A stretch of 53,775 bases of DNA, filler included, from Sphacelaria rigidula (Eukaryota): assembly GCA_964200075.2 (NCBI GenBank). It is 4 parts of 4 records of this genome, joined end to end, with 100 filler letters (N's around TTAATTAATTAA, not from the genome) between each part and the next. Parts side by side here need not be neighbours in the genome. Positions count along the whole stretch, not along the records: positions 13,471 to 26,839 come from CAXNAA020002933.1; positions 26,940 to 40,307 come from CAXNAA020002934.1; 2 more parts are not named here. One strand, 5' to 3'. The first letter of the stretch is position 1. Each line of letters begins with the position of its first letter. Shown in pieces: positions 24,516-35,900 of the stretch. The position numbers and the translations under genes were made by a program. Below the pieces are notes generated by a model. It worked only from the letters and a program-made list of their open reading frames with translations. It was not told the DNA's origin and did no database searches.

Positions 24516-24955
24516 AACAGCCGATCATAGCAATTAACGATGGAGCTTTTCATCGAGGATGATAACCCGGAATACAAATATTCGCATCCACGCCAATTCT
24601 TCGAAATGTGGTTACATTTCTTCATCTGCTGGTAGCTATTGACAACTACTACACATTAACATTTGGATTCCGATTACCGAAAATTTGGGGGTTCTAGGTG
24701 AAAGAATGATTATTGGGAATTTTGGTGATACCGCCGCATCACTCAAATTCCCAACGTTTTCTTTTTCACCGAGGACACCCAGATTTCGGTCATCGGAATT
24801 CAAATGTTTATAGCGTGTCGTTGTTGTCAATAGCTGCCAGCAGACGGGGGAATGAAACCACATTTCGAAGAATTGGTGTGGATGCGAAGAATTTAAATTT
24901 CCGGGTCATTATCCTCAATAAAAATCTACATCCTCAATTGCGATGGTTGGCTGTT
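24516..24955. repeat. About 440-nt foldback (long imperfect inverted repeat with tiny loop)
   Basis: Arms pair along their full length, e.g. ttcgcatccacgccaattcttcgaaatgtggtt with aaccacatttcgaagaattggtgtggatgcgaa. Centre gtgataccgccgcatcac. Confidence 0.85.
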
Positions 24956-25749
24956 GTTTGCCGACCCAGACGTGAAAATGTTTCCGTTCGTATCCCCACG
25001 TGCTGCCAGCCTTGGCTACCTTGTTCCCATCCTCCGCTCTTCACGAGGAATCTCTGCTGCTGCATACTCCAGATGAATGATTTTCGAATCGCTCACCGCT
25101 TCGAATGAGATCTTAATTACATCTAAGCCCCTCAGCTACTCAATGTAAGGGTCATGTTTTACAAGTATCCACATTTTGAAGGGAAAACAAGCCGATTGTC
25201 TCCTTTTTTTCTTGCCTCCGGCGCTCGCCGTCGATGTTTCTCCAGTTTATTGACTTCGCCGATGTACTGGCCGTTGGCGCAACCAGTTTAAACTTAACTA
25301 GCCAGAGCTGCCAGTCCACAGCCCCACTTATTGTCGTTTCATCTTTTTTTTTTCTTGCTACATGTCACGTGTCATCGATGTGTTGAACGTGTGAGACGAC
25401 GAGACCGATCCTTTCGATCGCGGCTGGCCTCGTCGCTTATTACCTACCTACTCCATGATGTTTGACCCGCATACGGGATCGAAGATTGAGACCTTGTGCA
25501 ACGTCTTGTCTCTCACGGAGGGGAGGAACCCAGCGTCACTCTCGGCTCACTTTGAAACCGGGAGTTCGCAAAGTAGACTGTTTTCACTTGGTATTCGCGA
25601 CTTTATCTCCAACTTTTTACATGATATTATATTATAGTGTGTACTGCCTTCATGGAGTGTTTCCTATCCATCGAGTGCAAGAATGTGCATCAACACTCCA
25701 AGTACGTTCCTGTACAAAGGCAGTCTGATATAGTTGTTCTTTTACCACA

Positions 25750-26550
25750 ACACGGGATACAAAGAAGCAAGGAACAGACGGACGTTCGATGGAACGGAGT
25801 ACGGGAGTATCCTCCTCTCTCCCCTTCCCCCCCCACGCCCTCCTGCCATCTCTTCCATGCTGGCTGTGGCGTCGTGTTGTTCCTGCTGAGTAAGGCTGCA
25901 AACACGGAGCGCCGGGTGCACGTACTTCTTAAACACCTCTACCACCGCATTGCAGGCAGCGGTTGTGATCTTCCGTCGGTGTGGTGTTGCCACGCATCGA
26001 CTAATCCGGTGGTCGCTCTCTGTGCTTTCGCCAGACTCTTCGCTGCTGTCGCGCAAACGGTATTTATCAGGCAAGCCGTAATTCCAGTGTGCCACAGGTC
26101 ATGCAGTCAACCACAAACAGAACCGCTGCAGCTATTCCGCATTGTACGGCCATCAACGACTAGCCCCCCCCATGCCACCACACTGTAATGGATAATGGTA
26201 ATTGTTAATGGTTAATTGGTAATGGGCTATGACATGCATGATCATCAGTACACCATGCCACCACAGTGTGTTGGTGAAACGTCCCCTGGCAGCGCTCTAC
26301 TACTGAAGGTAAATAATAACGTACTAGTGGTAAGCCACGGCTGACGCACGTGGCAGCACCGCCGCAGGTACCGACGGCACAAATCTGGCACACGTCGAGG
26401 TCTTGAACAAGATGAAGGAAAATGAAGAACAACCCTGGCGTTAACGATATTTGACACCGTGCGCTGGTGTGCAGACATGTGTGTGAGCGTGGCCGGCATC
26501 CGAGATCATCGTGACAGAGCGGGCAAGGAGGAGAAGGCAATATACGAATG
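25750..26550 (-). mobile_element. Degenerate non-LTR reverse-transcriptase remnant
   Basis: Collinear frameshifted motifs NIVNA (D..NAF-like), SVVERCQG (QGD-like) and VVAWCTDD (YxDD-like). Confidence 0.4.
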
Positions 26551-26839
26551 TCGCAAAGCCCACCAGACTTTTCGTCTTTGTCCGTGTTCCTCGATCAATC
26601 TCTTCGACAATATTTGACAAAAATATCACATGAATCACGACATTTTTCGAAAAAGTGCCCGCCGACAGCGGGGGGGGCTACGTGTCCGGAAAAATTCTCA
26701 ACGCAGACCCTCGTCGACACTTTCAGAAGAACTCATTGATCGGGTACACGAAAATTGAAATCCAGCCGCACACGTACTTACGTACCCGCGCCGACACCGC
26801 CACACCACTCAGCACCCCCCCGAGACCGCAGCCCAAAGA

Positions 26840-26939
26840 NNNNNNNNNNNNNNNNNNNNNNNNNNNNNNNNNNNNNNNNNNNNTTAATTAATTAANNNNN
26901 NNNNNNNNNNNNNNNNNNNNNNNNNNNNNNNNNNNNNNN
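26840..26939. other. Artificial contig linker
   Basis: N44-TTAATTAATTAA-N44. Confidence 0.98.
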
Positions 26940-27400
26940 CCTTTTGGGCAATCGGGCCGAGGAAATCATGAATTTGGTGATTTTGAGTCGTGATGATTTG
27001 TCCTAACCGTGGTTTCTTTTCTTGACACACTGTGTACCCCTCCCCTTCCTCGGGGTGACCTTGCAGTCTCAAAAAGTCGACCTTGTTTCTCCCCTGGTAC
27101 CTCCCTGGAATCTTTTCACGGTTCGGACGAATCATCGCCGGTTCGAATCACCAAATCTACGATTTAAGGTCTGATATCTCGAAAGAGGGGGGAAAAAAGT
27201 TGATCGCTGGCCAAAAGGTCTCCACGCAATGTTTGCGCCATTCCATGTGCCTGGCCTGCGTGTACCTGGGCTGATACGCTGAACACAAAGCTCAAGGATT
27301 GATTCGTATCGTACGAATCAATTACACTAGAATCGAGCAATTTCCAGACGAATCACCAATTCGTCCGATCCTTGATTTTCGGTGGAATGCGGCGATGCAG

Positions 27401-28086
27401 GCGTTCGTACAGGCTTGTTTTGTACTTGTGGAGACGCTGGACCAGGAAGCAATGCTCAAGGCAGCGTGTGGGAACTCGGCGCCACTAGAAGAGCAGGCAA
27501 GCTTAGTCAAGACTGAGGATTAATTGGGTAGAAATGTATCAAAACGATGTCTTGCTGGCTTGTTTCGTTCACCCCGCGACCTCGTTCCTCCGCGGAACCC
27601 CTGTTCTTACGTTGAATCCGGGTCATTCGATTCTGTGTTACACATGGTATGCGTATCGGGGGCAGGTAATAGTGTACAATTCACACTGCATAGCGACAAA
27701 AACCCGCGTCGCACTATCGCACCATGTTTGGTGTTATTTATTGAGACAATTGACCATAGCAGCAGTGGGATACCTTCAAACCGGTTATGTACATGTTGCA
27801 TTGGGCTACCTCTTCTAGGCAAAGTATTTCATACGACAACCTCCAGGTAGTCCATAGTTTCAGTGATGTCACTGCTGGATGACTTCTACGGTAAATACAA
27901 ACATGCCACCTTTGTTGCCCGCTTCCACAGATCAGTCGCCTTGAAAGCTTGAAACGGATGTCCTTGGCATGCGAGGCTTCCGTTTTCCTCAAAGATTGGG
28001 ATCTCGTTGCGCGCGGCGTTTGGCGGGCGTACCATATTCTTTTGCCGCTGCTCGGAATCGCGATGATGGGTCGTCTTCTTTTCCAG
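27401..28086 (+). CDS. CFAP54: Two internal exons of a probable cilia- and flagella-associated protein 54-like gene
   Basis: Exon 27401-27496 (AFVQACF...SAPLEEQ, CAG|gcaagc donor) and exon 27931-28086 (ISRLESLKRMSLACEASVFLKDWDLVARGVWRAYHILLPLL..., strong acceptor, CAG|gt) are both phase 0. The pattern I.RL..L...A.E.A..L....L....V...Y..L.PL recalls the CFAP54 middle region, from memory. Confidence 0.55.
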
Positions 28087-29825
28087 GTACCTAAACTATT
28101 TTTGTGCCCCCGAATGAACAGTGTTTTCAGCCTGACAGGCTACTCTGATTTCATTCGACGTTGACAAACCCGCGGGTTTCAAGTGATACAGTTGGAGATC
28201 AACTATGATCGCAAAATTCGAGATTCCTCCCCAATCAGCGGGCAATCTTGCACTACCAGTGCTTGGGATCGAGGTCGTGGGTCGTGAAGTCCTAGAAGCC
28301 AACGCAAGGAACACAGGCATCGAACAGCCTGGAAATCTTTAGATGGGCAAAAAAAAGAGGTGGCCTTACTCAGGACTGTGTGCTTCAATAGATGTTCGCC
28401 AAGGTCAACATGCTTGTCGCCTATTATGCACGTCACGTAGTCTCGACCAAGAAGCCTTCGCTCTGGATTACAATCGTCACGTGAGTGTTGACTACACAGC
28501 AACCACGACCGAATCAAGACTCGTAGTTTGGAAACCTTAAATAACATTATATGCAATCGGGGTGAGACATCCCACAGTCCCACCCTCGGTAATCACAACT
28601 TAACTAGCGATGCCTCCGGATATAAGAACAGTGACGTCCTAAACAATGCAGTAGTACTCTACAAGCTTTCAATCCTTGACTCACAATCAGGGGGCACGTG
28701 TGAGCCGGGTATTTGACCCTGCTCATGAAAATGAACGCGCGGAAGGTCGTTGTTCCTTGGCGACTACACAATGTTTGCTCTCTTGGAATCGCTCAATCTG
28801 ACGTTGACCTTTCACGACCAGTTTGTAGGGTGAGAGCATGATGTTCGGGCGGTTTGAGATTTGCTCACCTACAACATACATCTTGGAATCATACCCCTGC
28901 TGAGATCCTATGGTGCAGCTTAGCTCATGCCAACCGTCATAACTCAGAATACGTATTTTCCATACAACCTGGCTGTCAAGACCAAGGGCGTCCATTTATG
29001 AAACATCTACTCAATCATACCCGTGAGAACTTGTGGTATATCCGACCCCGGTGTCGTTAATCCATCTTCGTACGTACTACATCCCCAATCCGGACTTCGG
29101 CATGCACCCCATTGCCCACCCGTAATCACGGTAGCAGTCCACTTCCCTGAGCTCCGGTATCATTGACCGATCACCTTACCGTCTCCGAATACCACACCAC
29201 TCAACTTCTGTCACATGGTCTCTTTTCAACTATCCCCCACCTCGTGGTATACCAAAAACAAATGTGTTAGGTGCTAATACAACGATTATCTCTCAAGGTG
29301 TGAAGGCAAGCATCAAATATGACATGCCTATAACTATACTTCAAGGGCACGTGTTCAAGGTCTGCGCCATCGGTCGAAATCTGAAACGTACCGCCACGAG
29401 CAAACCAAAGTTCACCATGGAGTAGTTACCATTTCAAAAGTGGCCGATACAAGACAAGTAAAACGTGTAGTGCGCGCCACGTCCTCCCTGTTCCCATGAT
29501 GAACTAAAGGGTCACCATGTACTATGTTCGGGGCAGTAGCTAATGCACAACAATGTCTTCTTGTCCATACAAGAGACTGGTTCCACACAGCAGCATGACC
29601 GCAGCCCGTTCGCTGCTAATGATTTGTGCTCACGCAAATGATATTCTCCATGCGGTATTGATGGTCGAGACAACCGCGCGCAAAGATCGTACAGATCACG
29701 CAAGCTAACAGACCAGGTGAACAGGCCATGCATATCTCGGCCAGACTTCAAATATCGTGCCGACATGCCACGTAGATCAGGCGAATACTTTAGGCGGAGA
29801 CCATGATAATGGTACATCAGATTTG

Positions 29826-29827
<2 letters not shown>

Positions 29828-29871
<44 letters not shown>
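29828..29871 (+). repeat. (CA)n microsatellite in the probable ACSBG 3' UTR
   Basis: Direct reading. Confidence 0.9.
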
Positions 29872-29873
<2 letters not shown>

Positions 29874-29966
29874 CAAAAACACGTTCATGAAAATGTGCAA
29901 ACGGGCCATACCGTTGAACAAACTATACCTTATGAACAAATCAGGCGAACATACAATACAAGAAAG

Positions 29967-32900
29967 TCACTGATAGAATGCCTCGATGATATCCGAATAC
30001 TTCTCCGAAGCTGGGCCGCGCTTGAGCTTAAGAGTAGGGGTCAGCTCTCCACCTGCCGCACACAAAACAATGGCATTCGATATGTCAACCGGAAAATGAC
30101 CAACGACGGCCGGGTGCAAATATTGCATGGCAAGAACCGTGAACAAGGCTCATTGCTCAAACTCGGCGAAAATACTGGAAATACTCCATCAGCCACACCT
30201 GTAAGACCGTAGTGCCGAGCTGTGACGACAGTGTTATCTGTGTGTGTTTGGCGTCTTGCTGCGCATCTTAAAAATTAGGGGAATGAAAAGCAGCAGCGCT
30301 CACCGTCGACCGAGAAGTCGGTTGGGATGATCCCCCACTTGGCCACCCTCTGTGCGTTGGAAGTGGTTCGCGCGTTGCACGCTTTCATCCCCTCATTGAT
30401 GTGCTCTGTCCACTGTCAAGTTTACGAAGCACAGGAAATGACAGAAGCACAAGACGAATGTCATACACGTGCAGTGTCAATGCAAAAACCCCTGGTGAGC
30501 TTTTCACTACTTCGGCGCTGCTCACATTTTCACAGACCCTCAACCCTCAGACCGCGAGGGTAGGCCACCTGCTGAATCGGCATCAACATTCACTTCAAAA
30601 AAGTATGCGTGGTCTCGTTGGACTACCCGCACCGCCGTCCAAGGGTTGACCCTTTGACCGCGAGGTTGAGCCACCTGCCAAATCGTCATCAACATTCACT
30701 TTCAAAAAGTATGCGTGGTCTAGATGGACTATCCGCACCGCGGTCGAAGGGTTAGAAGAGTCATTCGTGGTCACTGTAAAGGCAGGAAAAATATTCTTCG
30801 TCGACGCTATTTCAGCATGTTTCTCCGAATCTAGAGGTATCATCTGCACTGCGGTAAAACAGCACACGCCGCCTCTGATGTGTCTCACGACCCAACATAT
30901 CGTGACGGTAGGAGTAGCTATATTTATCTTTTGCATGGCTAGTTGTGGCCGTTTACATGTCGTTAGCACAGGAATTTACCTTCCAATCTCTGGTCGCTAG
31001 TGGGTGGTGCAGGCCACGTACAGGATGAGAGACCCTAGGCTGATACAACATACCGGTCGCTCAGGTGACCACGATCGAATGGCAAGGATGCGGTGACTCG
31101 CATGTGAGGGTGAAAGTTTAATCATGCATCGTATCGTCCGGAAAATGAAAGCTCGTTCGCAGTGGTGCACGCACACAGCAGACCTACCGTATCGCGATTC
31201 GCGCACCAACATTAATACCGACCGCGGACCTCAGCTCACTTAATACTGATTGGTTGATTGATTGACTCATTGATTATCTCACACTAGCTTATTGCAACAA
31301 TCCAGCCCGTGGTCAGGAGCAGCAAAAGATACTATCGCAGTGGGATTGACCTGTACACTTGTGTTATTCTGGTCCACAAGCCTAGTGAGACCACTATTAT
31401 AGTGGCGACCAGCACCAACCTGGGGATCCTCCTTAGCTTCCGTGACAGTCTTCGCGGGGCTGCCGATCGCTTGGCACGTGGCAAGTGCATCACCAGTCAG
31501 TTTGTCGGTGGGGACACCTGCCGCATCCACCTGCCATGTAAATCGTACAATAGATGTAAAACAGTGCACATGACAAACTGTCAGCCAGTATCCAATCGGC
31601 TTGCGGGACTGGAGATATTTTTTCAAAATGACCATCCCAACAATAAAAACACACCCTGGACAATACTAGATTATATTGCCAAAAAGTGTACTGCGTACAG
31701 TATGGAATCTATCGTCTATTGCAATAGACGCAATAGTCAATATTGTACGCATTACACTTTTTTTTGGCAATATGACCTATTGTCCAGGGTGTGAATAAAA
31801 ATCATTCGGCAAAATATCATGCAATCAGCGCGTGGAATGCAAGCGTCATGTCCAAGGGAATACTTAATACACGCCTTCGACTTTCATTTGCGTACGAATG
31901 CAACGCATGATTATTGCACACAAAATCATGAACGCACGCGTCCGACATGACACAAACTGCGAAAATCTAGAGACATCTTCGGCGCCAAACCAATTTCATT
32001 CATTGACACATAAGCCAACATTCGGAGCAAAAACCGTCATAAGTGCGGCCACTTGCACGAAAACCACCACACATGAAGGGCTACACATGAACGTAGTGCA
32101 TCCGAGCAAATTGCCCACCACGCTTCGGCGCATCATGCAGCGTCTTGAATAATGGCATAGCAAAGCAGCCAGTTCGGGGAAAATGTGGTAGTGTGACCAT
32201 TGAATGTACCTCGACCCTGAGCGAAATGATGATGCTGAGGAACTTCCTTTTATCTCCGATCACCATGCAATTTGAGATGCATGGAAGCTCCTTCTTGAAC
32301 TCATTCTGCGAGGAATTCGACCGAGAACGAAGATATTCAGGCGGCGAAGCGAAATAGCAAAGGGAATATTCAGCGAGTGCCATACGTTCATCATACAACA
32401 TACAAGTGACTTCCGAACACGTACGGGCGAGGCCGGCAGTTGATTTCCACCAACATATCAGATGACCGCGATCGAATAGCTCAATCGATCGTGGACGCAG
32501 CACTCAACAGTCATGAAGCCACGACAGTCACCACAATATCTGATTACGTGACAAAGACACGCCCTTTCATTATTGAAAGATGAAGACACCCTGCGGGACA
32601 AGTTACAAAGCCAACGCTGCTATTTCGATCGACGAGTACGAGAAGGACGATCTCTCAGCCTGTCGGTGGGCAGGCAATGTAGGTACAACCTCCGGAGGAA
32701 ACAAAAAGAGGGGTCAAATATGTATACCGAACCGTATAAGCTAACTGTTCGATACGTTCGGAAGGGCTGAGTTCTATCGAAGAAAACTGAAACCAAGATT
32801 CAGACAATCAAAATATTAGGTTACCTCGGTGAACACAAGAATATACTCCCCGCGTGCCGTCATGGTAAGTTCTACAATACAGCTAGTGACATGCCACAAA

Positions 32901-35900
32901 AATCATTCTGCAAGCCAACCCCCACGCCAAATATGGACGGCCGATTGTCCCTTGAATGGAAAACGACAGCTGTCATAACAACAGCAACCGAGACACACAC
33001 ACACACACAAAACGCATCAACAGAGTGCGCGAACCTCGATAAGCACGGGAGGAATGTTCTCCCCGCCAGCCGTGATGATGAGTTCCTTGATACGGCCCGT
33101 GATACTCATAAAACCGCTGGGGGACGGCACCGTCGGATCTTCATCGTCGTCGAACTTGGCCACATCGCCGCTGTGCATCCACCCGTCCTCATCGATGGTT
33201 TCCGCCGTCTTCTCAGGAGCGTACATGTACCTGTTCAGCGGTTGACAATCGTATGTTTTCGAAGTGGCGACGAGATAGCGCGAGACGTATTTGTAATAGT
33301 CACGTTATGCAAGCTAACTGCAGGAGGTAAGTTACAACAATCATACGAAGAGGACGTAACGTGCTTTTTCACATTGGCGACACCAAAAGAGCGCAGATTT
33401 CTCGGCGACGGCAAGGTCTTGGATTCAAATGTAGGCCCGATTACGGCGATATACCAGAAGGAGCTCGCAAAAGTAAGAAGCGGAAAGAAAATATCGCGGA
33501 ATCAATTGAGAGCCAGTAAAGTGGGTTCACAAACCCACGACTCTATCTTCTGCTGAGACTAGGTGACTTGCATACTCAATTTCAAGACAAAAGCTGCTGC
33601 AGTATTATTCGATGTTGGGTTTTCACCGGCCGGTACACCCCGCCGTATGCACACGTGCGAGGGGCATCCACATGTAGGGAAATGCTAGACATAACAAGAA
33701 GAGCACCACATAACAACACATCGCACTAGAAGAAAGATACGATGGAAGGAAGGGATTTGGAAGAATAAGAAAGACATGGGGGGGTGGCGGGTATTCCTGC
33801 CACCTTCGCCGTGTTTAGTCCAGTACGTATCTGGCATAGGTGTGGGTTTGAGGCTAGGGTTAGCAGTAGGCCTCGGACTTCGGTTTGGGTCACGGTGGAG
33901 CTTGCGGGTGATTAGATTCTGCACGCGAGCATCGAATAATACACACCTCCGCGCGCCCGCGCCTGAAGTTCGCGGTTGTCCGCCACACGACAGACAATGA
34001 CGATCATTGTACTGCTCAAAAAGGTGCCTGAACACAAAGTCTATTCGGTAAACCCCGTTCGCGGCGAAATTTCTCGTGAATCGTCCATAATGCCAGGTGC
34101 GACGTTACTCCCACAGACGTTTGTGTGGTGAGGTCATGCTACGATCACAAGTTATCGTGATAAAGACGGTGGCAGTGTCATGGGGGGAGGAACAGCCATT
34201 GCGACCCAAAGTGCCCGAGACCGTACGGAAAGAATATAACATCGCAACGCTTGTCTGCAAAAAACATAGCGGCCATTTCATAAACATGTCACCGGTAACA
34301 CTGCGATGTTGACAGGTGGCAGTTATGGTTTGTGCCTGGGAATTTACTCGTGAAGGGTGAACGGCGGCAATGAAAAATGGTCATTGCACATACGCGTACT
34401 CCGTGACATATGATCGAGACGATGGGCATTCAGACATCTATAATATGTTACAGGCATCTGACCGGCGTGAACAAGTAGTGGGCACACGTAGTGTTCTTAA
34501 AGGACAAAATGCGTTCGAAATAAATACGCACCCCATGAAGATGTGACGGCCTCGCAGGCACAGCTCTCCGGTCTCGGGAACTATCTTCGACTCCGTGCCC
34601 TGCGCAACACGACAATATTGGATGAAACAGAAGAGAAGTGGACAGATCAGATCAGATCAGATCAGATCAGATCAGATCAGATCAGATCAGATCAGATCAT
34701 TGAACTGTATCTGAAACGTAACAAAACGATGGTGCTCTCTTGATTACACCATTGCATCAGATGATCTGGGCGACACGTAAAATTTGTTTTGAATAGAAGC
34801 AAACTCACCTTCATGGGTCGACCCACAGAACCAATTTTCCACGCTTCGGGTTGGCACGCCGTGTGAGGACCGGTACACTCCGACTGTCCAAATACCTCGA
34901 GAATATGGATGTTAAGAGAAGCGAAGTACTCCAAGATCTGGGAAAGACGTGGAAAAGCAGCAAGCATTAGACCCAAACGACGTACCAGGTATGGCAGCGA
35001 TCGGTAGCAACAAGGCACGAAGGACGAAAGAGGAAGGGGAAGGGGGAGGGGCGGGACGTAAGCAGACGAACGAAGGAGATCGAACAATCGTTCAGCTATA
35101 GCGCTTGCCGCCGATAGTCAAGAGGCTACGTAAAACTGCAACAGCGGAGGAGAAGCACACCATAAACACGACCACAGTTCCACAACCATAACAGCTACAA
35201 CTGCAAGAACAATTAGCACAATGCCCTCTCCTGCTGCTGGTGGTACTACCACGAGTACTACAACGACCACCACCACGTGATATACAACGACAACTACGCC
35301 AAGAACAGCCATCAGAAACCGGCGGAAAGAGAACTAGCTTTCAAACTCAGTGTGAAGTAACAACAGCGCTGCTGAAATATGTTGTGTGAACAGAGTAAGG
35401 GACAAAACGACTTGGTGAAAGCGTCTCGTGAACGAACCGTCTTGGATATGGGAGCTGCCGCGGTGTACAACGAGTCGGCCTTGTCCAGCCCGAGGCTGGC
35501 TTTCACCCTGGAGAACACCAGCTGGAGAGAGCAGCAATCATAAACATGCAGACACACACGGCATATATATACAGTTCAGTGTTTATTCTTTCCCCCCATG
35601 GACACAAGCTGGACTAGCAGGTCATGACGAGAAAAGATGAGAACTGCGCGAGGTCACTCCAAGTTAGAACCTTGCCTGTGGAGAACAAACACCGCGTGAT
35701 GAATTAACCGAACATTTACGCGAAAAACCTGTGCAAGATGGACAAGATGACACAATTCGTGTTCAAAAAAACTTTCGATCGTAGATTGCACACCATAAAA
35801 ACAGACAATGAACAAACTATTGTCACGAACATAAATTCAGACCACGGCTATCATTCATCTCTGACGACATCGTACTCACGAGTTATAATACAAAAATATT

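Larger units (their letters stand above)
21584..25326. mobile_element. hAT-type non-autonomous element hosting nested insertions
   Basis: Ends caacggtgtaaactgg / ccagtccacagcccca. Perfect 8-bp TSD cttattgt at 21576-21583 and 25327-25334. Confidence 0.85.

Noticed and set aside
28100..29871. LINE ending in the (CA)n tract as partner of the SINE
   Set aside because: No RT motifs, and no 3' similarity to the SINE beyond the CA repeat.
32891..33556. 221-aa + strand ORF
   Set aside because: Largely the antisense shadow of an ACSBG exon; no motif.
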